Assembly (NCBI GenBank): GCA_044892525.1
Contig: CM097885.1
Location: forward strand, 4,156,001-4,220,000
Direction of reading: 5' to 3'
Length of the DNA stretch: 64,000 bases
From: Schmidtea polychroa
Taxonomy: Eukaryota
Under the pieces are notes generated by a model, which saw only the letters and a list, made by a program, of their open reading frames with translations, was not told the DNA's origin and did not search any database. Below, piece after piece: positions 47,349 through 60,800 of this stretch (position 1 is the first letter of the stretch; every line of letters begins with the position of its first letter). Both the position numbers and the translations under genes were made by a program.

Positions 47349-50119
47349 TTAGCAGCATTTTTTCTTTTTCTGCTTTTTGCTGCCAGTAGTTGCCAATTTG
47401 ATGCCCTTGTTCTCCTGACTTTGAGATTTCATTTCTCTGATTTTCTTTGCCATCTGGTAGAAAACATCTTCAACATTTTTATTATCCTTCGCAGAGGTTT
47501 CCAGAAACAGAGCTTGATGCTCATTGGCTAGCTTCTTGCCATCGACCGTTGTGACAACGCGCTTATCAACCATGTCTGTCTTATTGCCCACTAAATATTG
47601 TTAATAAACACGAGCATTATCGACACGTCATACCGAGCATGAATACCAGATTTCCCCCCGCATTGGTCTGGGCCTCCTCCAACCATTTTGTGATGCTGAC
47701 AAATGATTTCGGGTTCGTCACGTCGTACACAATGATGATGCCGGCAGCGCCCCGGTAATATCTGGAACAGGAGGATATTAGCAGTGAGCAATAACAGTGA
47801 GCGGTGCGAGTGTGATGATACGGATGGGGTGCATGAGGGGCGGGGGGGGGCAGTCAAGGAAGGCGGATATCGTTTGCAATGTCCGATAATAAGAGTAACA
47901 CTCGAGAGTTCTTATGGTAATTATGTAACTCGCGTAGCCAATGATTTGGAATATTTAATTCATTCCATTATCTATACCAATGTCTTTGTTATTGATTATT
48001 ATAATTATTACCTTCTTAGATTTATAAAATAATTATAACTATATATATAAATATATAATTCATTGATATTATCTGTAATCCAATATCCAATATCCAATGA
48101 TATAATCAATGAATTATATATTTATTTTTATTTATTATTATTATTAATATTATTAATATTATTTTTTTTTAATTCTTAAAAATCCTTAAAAATAATTTAA
48201 ATTAATTATTTTTATTTATTATCATTATTAATATTACTTTTTATTAATATTTATTATTATTTTATTTTGTTTAATTTTTGAAAAAATTTTTTAAATTCGA
48301 AAAAATCCTTAAAAATAAATATTTATATTAATTATTATTAATATTATCTTATTAAATATTATTTTTTTTAATTCTTAAAAATCCTTAAAAATAATTATTT
48401 TTATTTATTATTATTATTATTAATATCTATTATTATAATTATTTATTATATATTATTTTTTTAAATTTTCTAAAAAATTTTTAACTTCCTAAAAATCCTT
48501 AAAAATAAATATTTATATTAATTATTATCAATATTTATTATTTTAATTTATTATTGTTATTATTTATTTTATTATATTATTTTGTTTAATTTTTTAAAAA
48601 TTTTTTTAAATTCGTAAAAATCCCTAAAAATAAATATTTTTATTTATTATTATTATTATTAATATCTATTATTATTATTATTAAAATCTATTATTATAAT
48701 TATTATCATTATTTATCTTATTATTATTATATATTATTTTTTTAAATTTTCAAAAACATTTTTAAATTCCTAAAAATCCTTAAAAATAAATATTTCTATT
48801 TATTATGTTTAGTTATTATTATTAATATTATTTCATTAAATATTATTTTTTTTAATTCTTAAAAATCCTTAAAAATAATTATTTTTATTTATTATTATAA
48901 TTATTATCATTATCGATTTTTTTAATTTATTAGAATAAATAATTAATATCATTATTTATCTTATTATTATATATTATTTTTTTAAATTCTCAAAAACATT
49001 TTTAAATTCCTTAAAAATAAATATTTCTATTTATTATTATTTTATTATATTATTTTTTTTATTTTTTTATTTTTTAATAAATATTTATATTAAGTATTAT
49101 TATTATTTATTATTTTGATTTATTATTATTAATATTTATTTATTATTTTTATTATTTATTTTATTATTGTTATTATTATTAATATTGATAATGAACTAGG
49201 ATCATGTAATTAAAACAGCAAAGAAAATCATGGTTCAAGTATCAAGAGGAAGCAGTCATCCCGATTGATTATTGGTCTGCCACTTCTCCATAAAACGTTT
49301 TCTTATGTTGGGTTTTGAAGAATCTGATTAGATTTGTGAAATTTATTTTTAATATAAACAAATTGTTTTGTAATTAAATGATTCACGGTTTCCATTGCAT
49401 TATAAATAATTATAAATTAATCCTCATCCTAATCGCAACATGGATCTAAATTTTGATTGTCAGTACAAACTTGCAAAACTAATATATCCCCCTTCAAAAT
49501 TCTGTAGTAAAATTGGTCAAAATCCAATTGTGATTCAAAAACACACATCGAATGTAAACAACCCTGTTGATAATGAAATTTTCAAAATTGGAATGAAATA
49601 TTACGTGAATAGTTTAATTGATTTCCGGTTCAAATGGACTTTGACCGATGGTAAACAATTAAAAATAATGCAAAAAATATTTGATTAAAAACAAGAATTA
49701 CGGAACGTAATTTAAGGTATTCAATAAGCATTAACCGACACAGTTTAATTTTGTCTTATTTTCAAATAAACTTTTTAATAGAAAAATTTATCAAGAAATA
49801 TTATAATAAGTTAAAATTAATAGGAATGATTACGTTGATGTAATTGTACGAAATCGTTCTTGACCAGCAGTATCCCAAATTTGTAATTTTATTACTTCAT
49901 TATCAATATTGATAAGTTTGTCTTTAAAATCCACTCCGATTGTTGCAATAAATGTTGAATCAAAAGTATTATCTGCAAAACGAATTAATAGCGATGATTT
50001 TCCAACAGCTATTTCAAATTAAAATTTACACTATTTTCGAATCTAAATAAATACAAACCACTATCTCCAATCAATAGAATTTTAAAATGATAATCATATT
50101 GCCTATTAGGTTTAGTCAT
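47349..50119 (-). CDS. Rab1/Rab8-like small GTPase, 4 exons (~50119-50059, 50008-49833, ~47762-47634, ~47591-47349)
   Basis: [33 protein letters not shown] and ETSAK motifs; C-terminal CC. Confidence 0.93.
48100..49190. repeat. AT-rich low-complexity intronic repeat
   Basis: Recurrent AAAAATCCTTAAAAATAA motifs among ATT tracts. Confidence 0.8.
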
Positions 50120-50555
50120 AATTTCCAAAATAAATTATCTTGAATAAATCATAATTTTAAATCAATTAGAATATTTAAACAATGCTTACAAATTAAGAAG
50201 TTAAATTAATTTTTAAGATTGATTTAAAAAAAGAAAGTTTTTATATGATTAATTATACTAAAAAATACTAATCAAGTTTTAAAAAATTAATTAATTTCGT
50301 AAATTATAAATAATCGTTTATCAATTATTTCAACTAAATTTGAGAAAATAATAATAAAAAAACTAACACTACTTAATATATTTATTCAGGCCCAAAAGGC
50401 AACAACACAATATAAATGTACAAACTGGAAACGGTAAAATCTTAATTAGAAATTCAAATATTTATACATAAAATATATTAAAAAAATATAAGCATCAAAA
50501 ATGCAGGAAGCCGAGAAATATTTAAATGCTGAAGTAGAGAATTGAGTTGAATAAA

Positions 50556-53500
50556 TCATTTCTTGACAATTGTGCTTCGACGACGTACAACGATTTTTGG
50601 TCTGTCGGATAATTGTGAACTGAGCTTCATATTAGTTTCTGATTTGATTGATTCCAGTTCACGGGTTAAACTGCGCTCACCGAAACTCATATCGCGCAAT
50701 TCTTCATTTTCCGAAATTGGTTTGATGCGAACGCTTTCACTGCGCATCAATGAGCTTTTGAGTTTGTTCTCGCCAGCCAAATGTGGACCAAGCATTGAGA
50801 CTCGACGACGCAGGGATTTCTGTCGGAACAGATTCGGTTTAAATTCAACACTTGGAATCGGTGAGAAATGCGCAAATTCATTTTCTGAATCACTCGTATC
50901 TTCCGGGTGGAGGAAACGCTTTCGGACGAATTGCTCTTTTGGTGGGATTGAGCAGGAACGCAAAAGACGATCGCTATCATTAAGTTCTTTGAATGGCGTG
51001 GAATACTAATGGAAAATTCAGATAAATTATTATAATAAATTAAATAAAGTACAAATAAATAATTAACTGAATATAATTTTCATTATTATTTTATTTATTA
51101 ACAAACGTAAAAATATAGTAAATTAATTAAATATTTAAAAAACAATAAATAAAAGCAAATTAAATAATAAAAAAATTAGATAATTATAATGATAAATAAT
51201 TAATAAAAATAAATAATAATAATAAATAGTAATTAACGATATATTATTAAATAAATATTATTAATAATAATCAATATTAATAATAAATAAAAATAATAGT
51301 AATTAAAAATAAATAAATAATTGGTGATGATAATAATAATTAGATAATAAAAAATTAGATAATTATAATGATTAATAATAATAAATAAATATTATTAAAA
51401 TTAATTAATAATAAGTAAAAATAATAAAAAATAGTAATTAATAATAATTAATATTAATAATAAATAAAAATAATAAAAAATAGTAATTAATAATAATAAT
51501 AATTAATAGTGGCAAATAATAATTAATAATTAATAAAAAGAAATAATAATAAATAAATAATAATAATTAACAATAATAATAATTAATAATATTAATAAAT
51601 AATAATAAATAGTAATTAACAATATATTATTAAATAAATATTATTAATAATAATTAATATTAATAATAAATAAAAATAAGAGTAATTAATAATAAATAAA
51701 TAATTGATGATGATAATAATAATTAATATTAATAATTAATAAAAATAAATAAATAATAGTAATTAACAATAATAATAATAAAATAAATAATGAAGAAATC
51801 AATCTAACAATTCTATCTGAATTGTGCCGCGTCATGAGGAACGGCAGGGATTTATCAACTGATCGCTGAGATTGAGTTTGCAATATCGACGGAGAGGGTT
51901 CAGATGCACTGCAAGTCTCCTCCTCATCACTTGTGACCTCATCTGAACTGGTAATTTCGATGGGGCCCTTGACAAAAAAATCAACCAATCAACGCCATTT
52001 AATCCGACAATCCTTACCACGCTATCCGGTAATCGGTCATCGCGTATAACCGTGTCATTGAACTTATCCTTACACTCGGTAATCTCATGGGAATATCTGC
52101 ATTCTGTGCGCTCGTCATCACTCGCCGTGTCTATCGCCGCTGGTGACGAAGGTGCCTGCGACTAATGACAATCGATAATGACATCGGCAATAATTACTTA
52201 CACTGAATGAGCAATTGTTCTGACAGCTCCGATAACTGTTGAAACTGTTTCCACGCTCATCAACCTCCTTGGTATCGAGATCCCCCTCTTGTTCCTCTTG
52301 AACGGTGCCGTTTTCGTCGCAAGATTCTGTCTCGGAGCATGAATCAGTACCAATCTCATCCTCGAGACTCGATTCGTCTCCATTCTCGATTTCTATTTCT
52401 CCGTGGGGGTAACAATTGATCGGCTCATTATAATCGATCCCCGGGATCCGGAGTTCCCCCTGTTCCCCTTCCTCCTCATCCAGGACATTGCTAACTACCG
52501 ATTTTACAATCATCTCATTCTCGCAGTCAATTTCCCATTCCTTGCAATTGTAATTAGCATCGGATGATGTGGAAATATTCGACGAGGAACTACAATTCGG
52601 TCCGTTGGCGTCATTCCGTGAATAAAATCTACTCAACGCGTCCAGTTTCTTGAATGCCTCGTTCGACAAAATCCGCTTTTCCGGATCGAACCGCAACAAC
52701 TCCTGAAAAGAGATAAAGAGAACGATAAAGAAAGTCATAAACAACAGCCAGTTATTTGCCATCAAATCGTCACCTTTATTAATTTAATAAACATTTGATC
52801 AGCACGTTTCAAAACGATTTCTAAACTGCGAGATTTGTCAACCAGTGACCTCAGGGATGACGCAACGATAACGTTATCTTTTGGCCAGTTGTCGATAGCT
52901 TCGAATCCCAGGCGACTAAAAGCGACACGTAAATCAATCAACCCAGCAATTCTATAAACACACGTGACAATTATCTCGATTTGTGACAACTCATTGTCGC
53001 CAGCAAATACCGGTTTCCCATAAACCATTTCCGCAATTATGCAGCCGGCTGACCAGACGTCGCATGCAGTCAGATAGCTGCGCTGTAATAGGATTTCCGG
53101 GGATCGGTACCAGAGCGTCACTACAACCGGCGTTAAACTCGAGTCGAAACCGAGAATTCTTGCCAGTCCGAAATCTGTGACTTTCAAATCGGTACCGTCT
53201 CGGTTGATGAGGATATTTGCCGGTTTTAAATCTCGATGAATAACGCAATGGGAATGCATAAACCAAATGGCATCGAGCAGTTGTTTCGATAGATTCTACG
53301 CGAATAATCATTATGAATTTGGTCAATATTGATAGGCGGGAAAGGTTTAATAGATATTCTATATCGAGCGAGTTTATTGATTGGTAAGTGTGCAACATGA
53401 GACAAAGGTATCAAATGAAAGATTAGAAATAAGAAGTAAATATATAATAAAGGTAATTATTAATTGGGAGATAAATTGGAAATTTGCGTATACTGACAAA

Positions 53501-54257
53501 TGTCTCTTTTCCATGTTCCATTTGGTTCCAATCTGAGGGGAGGGCGGGAGGAACATATATAGATGAATATAAGTATTTAATGCAAATAAACATCCTTAAA
53601 TGAGAAAATATCATTATTATTACAGTAAATATATGAATTGACATGAGAGGAATTTCATTAGTCCATAAGGTTGACACCAGAGAATTTAAAAGAACCTATA
53701 ATAAAAATAATAAAAGAAAAGAAAGATTACTCTATTATTATTGGTATGATATATTTATAACTATTAAGTGTTCATTTTAAAAATACTGAATTATGTATTT
53801 TAACAGAATATTTAAATCTCTTACAATTATTTTAGCTAATGGCATATCACCAAATGAATTACATTTATTCAAATATTTTTCCAAATCATAATCTCCTAGT
53901 TCAAAAATAAGATCCATGCACATTTTTCCATCGATATTATTTAAAATAACATCAAATAATCTAAAATTTAATGAGGGATGTATTCATTTATTTAGGATAT
54001 TCAACTTACTTCACGATATTTTTATTTTCAAACGAATTTAATTTTTTTAAAGCACATAATTCTCTATGAGTACTCAAAGGAATGTTATTATTACCATCTT
54101 TATCAGTTATATAAATTCGTTTTAAAGCAATATTCTTTCCATCATCTTCACGTAAGCCTTTATAAACTACACCGTAGGCACCAGATCCTAATTCTTCAGA
54201 CAATCTGTATTTTGTGATAGGTGGTATTAAAAAATCTGTAATACTGGAAATTGACAT
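50556..54257 (-). CDS. CDK4/6-like kinase with long C-terminal extension; exons ~54257-54010, 53960-53825, 53295-52964, 52915-52774, 52702-52202, 52161-52018, 51967-51809, 51005-50556
   Basis: GSGAYGVVYK, PLSTHRE (compare CDK6 PLSTIRE), HRDLKP, DFGLAR and LTPVVVTLWYRSPE motifs; all joins are GT-AG and in frame. Confidence 0.88.
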
Positions 54258-54657
54258 GAAAAATTACGTTTAAAAAATATAATTTCGAAAGATCGCCAAA
54301 TATTAATTATTTAAACGAATTAAGTATCTTTATATTTATCTTTATGTTACTGTTACATATATATTTTTCGTATTATTAAATTATTATTAGAATTATTATT
54401 TATATAATATTTCTAATAGTATATCGATATTTCGTTTTCAATAATAAAATTAATTAATGTCATTTTGTAAATATATGATATAAATATTTAAATTTAAAAT
54501 TTATCAGATTAATAAAATGTAAACCATCTAATTTTCTGCAACCATAATATCAATTATATCAATTTTAATGTAAATTAATTTTGATAAGTTGTTTAAATAT
54601 TATGCATTTTAAAAATTAATTAGAATATTATTTAGAAATTAATTTTTAAAAATCATC

Positions 54658-55039
54658 ATGCGTCTTAAGTTTAGGTATATATTTTGTAAGTTAACAAGTT
54701 CAACATATCGTGATCATGATATTGTACATTCAATACATTTGATTGTTAAAGAAATGTATGGATTATTTGGAGTAGGTAAAATTCTTCATAAATTGAAAAT
54801 AGTATATTGCAATGAAGAAACAAAACTCATAGTCTTTAGAGTTTTAAGAGATGCAAAATCTCAGTTTTTATATTCACTAATAATGTTAAAAAAGATTTCA
54901 GGTTCAATTTTCTGAAGTTAGATAATTTATTTGTCTATTTGTAGATAAACCAGCTGTATTTGATATTATCGGAATAAGTGGAAGTCAAAGGGGAGTTCAG
55001 AAACAATTAATTGATTGTTATACAAAAACTTTTTTTTAA
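54658..55039 (+). CDS. POP5: RNase P/MRP subunit POP5-like; exons 54658-54901 and 54945-55039
   Basis: MRLKFRY start, MYGLFG, IVFRV and ISGS motifs; 43-nt intron. Confidence 0.8.
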
Positions 55040-55833
55040 ATAAATAATTTTTTTTTAATTTTCAAACTTAATTATCAAATATTATATTCGCCTTAGCGAG
55101 TGTTCGAAAACGAAGCATAACACAAGACAAAATATTTTCATCGCGATAATGAAAATGTATATCGGGTAGACTGCCAAATCCACGTACGTAACTGATTTAT
55201 TAAACGAGACTTACAAAATCAAATAACTCAAAGGAGCATTATAATTTATCATACCAGAAAGGTGCAAGTCGAGTGACTAATTGTGATTTTGAAAAAAAAT
55301 TGTTTTGTGTTTTAGTTATTTGTAAACTATTCTACTTGTTAAATAATAACCCAACAATAGTATAAGACGATTTTTGCTTACTTACGATAAAGAGTGAGAA
55401 TTAAGAGGAAATAAATTATCCAGTCGCAACAGCCAATCAAAACAATGAATATCACACAAACGTAAAACTAGCAATTTATCTGAATTCTAATTGGTTAGTT
55501 TCAATTGCACTAACTCAAACGTTAAAAAATTAGAAGTATTGAAAATTAGGAAAGACCTAATGAATAAATAACACCTCATTGTAAATAATGCATAGTTCAA
55601 TACAAATCCCAAAATTATCATATCCTTTTTATTATATTATTAAAATATACTATCCTTCCTTTCAACAGAAACATTCCCTTCAAAAAAACAAATTCCCATG
55701 TGATATTCTGATAGCTTCGTGTTAACTGGCAAATTCCAGCAATTATTCATCGAAAATATTAGATTTAAATAAATAATTAAAAACAAAATAGAATTTATTC
55801 TGATATAATTGTAAAATGAATTTCTGATTTATG

Positions 55834-56559
55834 TCAGAGTGCTTTCGGTTTTTTTAGAGGAATGCAGTCCGAGTCACAAGAGATTTTTCTTTTAAAAAAT
55901 TTCATGTCAACTTCTGCTTCAATAACTGGATTAATAAAATTCGACAAATTATTACAAGCACTACATGAAACATTTGATGAATTTTCAGATCTAAACTTGG
56001 TGGGTGAATTAGACGAGTCTCCAATCAATCGGACGCTAGCATAATGTTCATTGTTGTGATAGGAAATATGAAATTCTCTAGAACATCCATGAATTTCATT
56101 TCCGGGAATTGTAATTGGCGGACGATTTAATTGATGAATAATGATGTTCACAGAAAACAACTTAGCAAATCCAACTATCGCATCATTTCCAGCATAAGTG
56201 CCTGGAAGGCGCAAATTTTTAACATACTCATCAAAGTTGCATTTGTCCAACAAAAACGGTTCAAAATCTTGTCGATTTGATTCTATATATTCACAAACTT
56301 TTTCACGATAATATAAATGATTTCCTGATTGCCCATCCATTTGATCAGCCAAAGAACGAAATAAACAATTTCCATCGCCAACAATATCACGAATCTCAAG
56401 CCCTAACTTGCTTAATTGGTTTTGAAATGCTGGAGTATTTTTATCAGTTTCAAGATATGATTTAGATTCATCTTTTTCTGTTAAAGCCCCACCTTTTGAG
56501 GATTTAAAATTACAGTGCATTGTTTGATCATCAGCATTGAATGAACTTTTATGGCACAT
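55834..56559 (-). CDS. OTU-domain deubiquitinase (OTUD3-like)
   Basis: GDGNCLFRSLADQ, GTYAGNDAIV and HISYHNNEHYASVR motifs. Confidence 0.9.
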   Translation of the reverse strand: MCHKSSFNADDQTMHCNFKSSKGGALTEKDESKSYLETDKNTPAFQNQLSKLGLEIRDIVGDGNCLFRSLADQMDGQSGNHLYYREKVCEYIESNRQDFEPFLLDKCNFDEYVKNLRLPGTYAGNDAIVGFAKLFSVNIIIHQLNRPPITIPGNEIHGCSREFHISYHNNEHYASVRLIGDSSNSPTKFRSENSSNVSCSACNNLSNFINPVIEAEVDMKFFKRKISCDSDCIPLKKPKAL

Positions 56560-56759
56560 TTAAATCTATTTGAAAAAACTCATTTTTAATATATTAAAAC
56601 AAAGGTTTAATATTTACAAATAATGAGTTAAAAATATTTTAAAAAATACTAATAAAGAAGTTGATAATAGATTTTTTCTAAAAGAAATCATTTGTAAATT
56701 TTCACAAAATTTAATTATAAAATTAAAACAATAAAAACACCAACTTAATAATAATAATT

Positions 56760-57000
56760 TACAGTATAACCCGATCATTTAATGGATCTTACCAATGTCA
56801 AACTTGTTTATTTTCCGAAGAATTGTAAGAGTTTAATTCAGCCTCTTGACATGGGAATAATTAAATCATTTAAATCGGAATACAAGCGAAACTTTTTACA
56901 GTACATTTATTCCTATGAAAATTTTAAAGAAATCAAACTCCTTGTGACATTAATATGGATCGGACGCGCATGGTATGATGTTACCAAACAAACTACTCAC
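56760..57000 (+). pseudogene. pogo/Tigger DDE transposase fragment
   Basis: NVKLVYFPKNCKSLIQPLDMGIIKSFK, preceded by a TA-CAGTA TIR-like end. Confidence 0.8.
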
Positions 57001-57844
57001 TGTCATTACCAGGTAGAATATAAATTCAAAGTGTTGGATAATCTAGCAAGAGGAAGCAATGGAGAATTGAGCTTTATGATATAATTTCGAATCGAGTTTA
57101 CCAGAAAGAGATATCTGCCGTCGGAAGATTAATCCCTGCGCGAAGTTCAGATTGATATTAAAAGGTGCAGATTAAAAAAGTTGCGGTTGTTTCATTAGAG
57201 TGTAATCGATAAAAAGTGTAATTGTATTAGTCCCGAATAAAGATTATCGTATTGGGTTGTTTAACTTCAAAAAGAACACCGACTTGCACAATATACCCAA
57301 CAAAAGTAAATTGCTCTTTTCCAAACAAACTAAATCATTAATTTTTAAAATCGTTTTGACTTATTTTTAAATCTATACCATTATTCAGTGATTGTTATAA
57401 ACATTAAAATAATACAAATTATGAAATTAGTAGTATTAAAAAAGTAATAATAAAGAATTTTAATTTTAAACTGAAATTGTTTTGTTAAAGTGTGTAATAA
57501 AAGAAAAGTGTAATTGTGATAATTTCGCATAAACACTCTAGTGTTGGATTTGCTTAATAATAGGACACCAAGGAGTCAGACAGCGATATCGACTTGCACA
57601 AAATACCCAACAAAGTAATGGCAATGATGTCGAGCAAACCTAGTCAAATCACTTCCAATGCAGGTATTCGTCAAAGGAGGATTATGCTGTCTGTCAGATG
57701 GAATTTCAAAGGATTGTGTATTTTGAAGTATTTCTAAAAAAACAATTATTTCGCACGCGTATTGACTATGACCTCCAATAATATAATGTTCTGGTCATAA
57801 AAATAGCACAAAAATAAAACAAATAACTCAAAAAGGCGAAAAAT

Positions 57845-60800
57845 TTATTCAATATTATTGATTTCAAAAATTTTCACAAATCGGTCTTTTGAACATGAGG
57901 CAAGAAGAAATTTGTTCCCGTTCGGGACCGGATTGAATCTGAGACGCGTTATCCAATCAAAATGAGCCACGAACGATAAAAGTGAGGTCCAGTTATTGGT
58001 TGTCAAATCAAATTGAACAATTCTGATCTCGCCATTCTCCAATCCAATGGCGAATACGTAGAGATTATCCAGTAAGATAGGCATTGTGGCAATGGCATTT
58101 ATTGATTCTTTCAATGTCAAAGGTTCCCCAATCCGAGCACAGTTTTCAGAATTCCATATAATCATCCTCTTGTCCCGGGACACTGTTACGAAACACCTGT
58201 GAAAACGACCAATAACAGCAATGTACACATTTGCACTGATCAATCAATACTGATCATTATTTACCAGATTGACTGCCAATTACCCCCCCCCCCCAACAGC
58301 ATTTCAAAGATAGGCAAATAAATCCCATAAATTGATTATTATTAAAAATAATTAAATTAAATCAATGTAAGATAAATAATCGATTTAATTATTATAATTA
58401 TTGAATCTCACTTTATTAATATTTATTTTCAACTGCAGATCAATGTTTGCTATTTAACACAAATTAGTTTAAATGTGGGAAAGAAATGAAGATAAAAGAA
58501 ATTGTAGAAGAAATCAAATAAAGATGAAAATCAATAATTAAGCAGCGAACAATAAGGCCTGAAATGTGCAAGATACAAAATTATGATAGGTGAGGGAGAA
58601 ACAGAAATAATGATTAGAAAAAAAGTATTACAAATAGAAGTAATTCACGGCCTTCACAAAACTTTCAGGGAAAATTTTAGGAAATACAAAAATCTACCTT
58701 GACCAGTTGAAATAATTTACAAAATGTTACAATATTTGCCTTACAGTATCATCAGCCCTTATAATGATGGCAACATTCGAAAGGAACGGATATCACTGAT
58801 AAGGACAACGCATTAGCAAACCCAAATGTTTCATCATTTTGATTATATTATTACAAAATAAACACGAGCGTGAGACTTAAAAATGTTGTTTATTTTCATT
58901 CTGACAAATGATCAAAAATTATTTCTTTACAACACAAACATTTACAGAGCGCTACTTACTGTACATGTCCATATTTTAGCTCTTCATCACTAGATGCCAT
59001 TTACACTGGGTATTTTAAAGAAAAGTCAATGATATCCATTTTAGCCAGTTCAGATTTGGTTTTGGAGTTCTTGATAAGCTTCCCATCAATAATAAATAAA
59101 AAAAATTATTTTCTAATTAAAAAATCCAGGGTTCAAAGGGGTTTATTAATTCTCCTGTGGATATTTTTGTATTTAGAGCAAATAAATAATTTTTTTATCA
59201 TAAATGATTGAAATTCGATCTAATTTTCAAAACTAGTAATGATTATAGTATAGATTATAGTATTTTGTTAATTAAAATTAAATCTAGACTTCATTAATAA
59301 ATTATGTGGGATCAATTTCAGTATAAATTCTCACGATATACAGGAATACCTCGCATAGTACGGTTTCTCTATAGTACGGTTTTGAAATTTTAAAAATATG
59401 ATTGTTTTTAAAATGATTAAATAAAATTTTCGAAATTTAAAAAAGTTTTTTTTAATTAATTTTTTAGAATTTATTCGTTATTATAAAATCATACGTGTTT
59501 AATAATTTGTTTTGTTACGTTTAATTTCTGGTTTGTAGTTTTAATAAAAAATTGAATAAATAAACCGTAAAAAAATTCACTACGGATACATTTACGATCG
59601 CGCGATAATAGATCAAAGTTGTTGGTTTTATATTTTTAATAGTAGAGTATGTTGACTTTTTATTGAAATTTTTAAACAATAAAAAATTAATCTAAACATT
59701 GGAATTTAAGTTGATATTTTTTAAATTAAATTGTTGTGTTTATTTAATTTTATTTACTTGTTTATCATCAGCTATTTTTAATATTTTTAAAATGAAATAA
59801 ATTCTTTTTTTTTGATTTAGTTGCAATGAATGGCCGGTATTGCCGGCTTATAAATTTCAATAAATATATATTTAAATGTGCAACTGTGTCAAATATGCTT
59901 GTTTTGCTATTGAATATCAGAAAAATTAAAATATTTTTTGTTTACTAGATTATAATCACGATTTTTAAATTTCTTAATAGGGGTACTAAGCCGTAAATTT
60001 ATTAGCGCCAGAATGCCTCGAATAGCCCGGCTGAATTCCAGAACCGATTAACCGTACTGTTCGAGGTATTCCTGTATTCAAGTATCTACGGCATTATTAT
60101 TTCTTTCTTTTCCGGTTGCAGTGTTTGAAAAAGATAATACCAAAAATTTCTGTTATAATAAAAAAATTATCCATAATCGATAAAAATTGAAAATAAAAGG
60201 AATGAGAACAAAAATTAGCTCATTGTATAGAGAAGCCTTAAAATGTTCCCGAAACTGAAAATATCCCAAAATGCATTTTATGTAGACCAGCGGTTGCTTT
60301 GGTGGTTCCCAGTTAAATATTCTATTGAAGGAAATTAAATTAATATTTATGAGCTTGGAATTTTTCAGATTTAAAATTAGGTTTATTAACATTTGTTTAT
60401 TATGAAATTTGTTTTTAATTACTTTTTATTGATAAAGATGAAATTAATTTGATGGTATATGAAAATGAGAGAAACATTAATAAGGATCTTAGTTTAATGT
60501 CAACAGCAAACGCGATACCGGTATCCGATGGAAATAAATAGTTTAGTCTGTCGCATTCAATATTATCAATTTTTAGCAGCGCCGTTCTGTAACTTTTAGG
60601 GCATTTTTGATTTTAATTCAAAATATAATACAAAAAAATTATAAAGCAATTTTTCTAGCTCTCTTGCTGGCATATTCATGAATTATACGAATTTTCATCT
60701 TTGTTTTATCTTTCAATTTGTGATATTTTTTTGCTATTGGATAAGTTTTTCTAATGTATTTGGGAGCCAATTGCGATTGCACCTGTGATAGTACGGTGCT

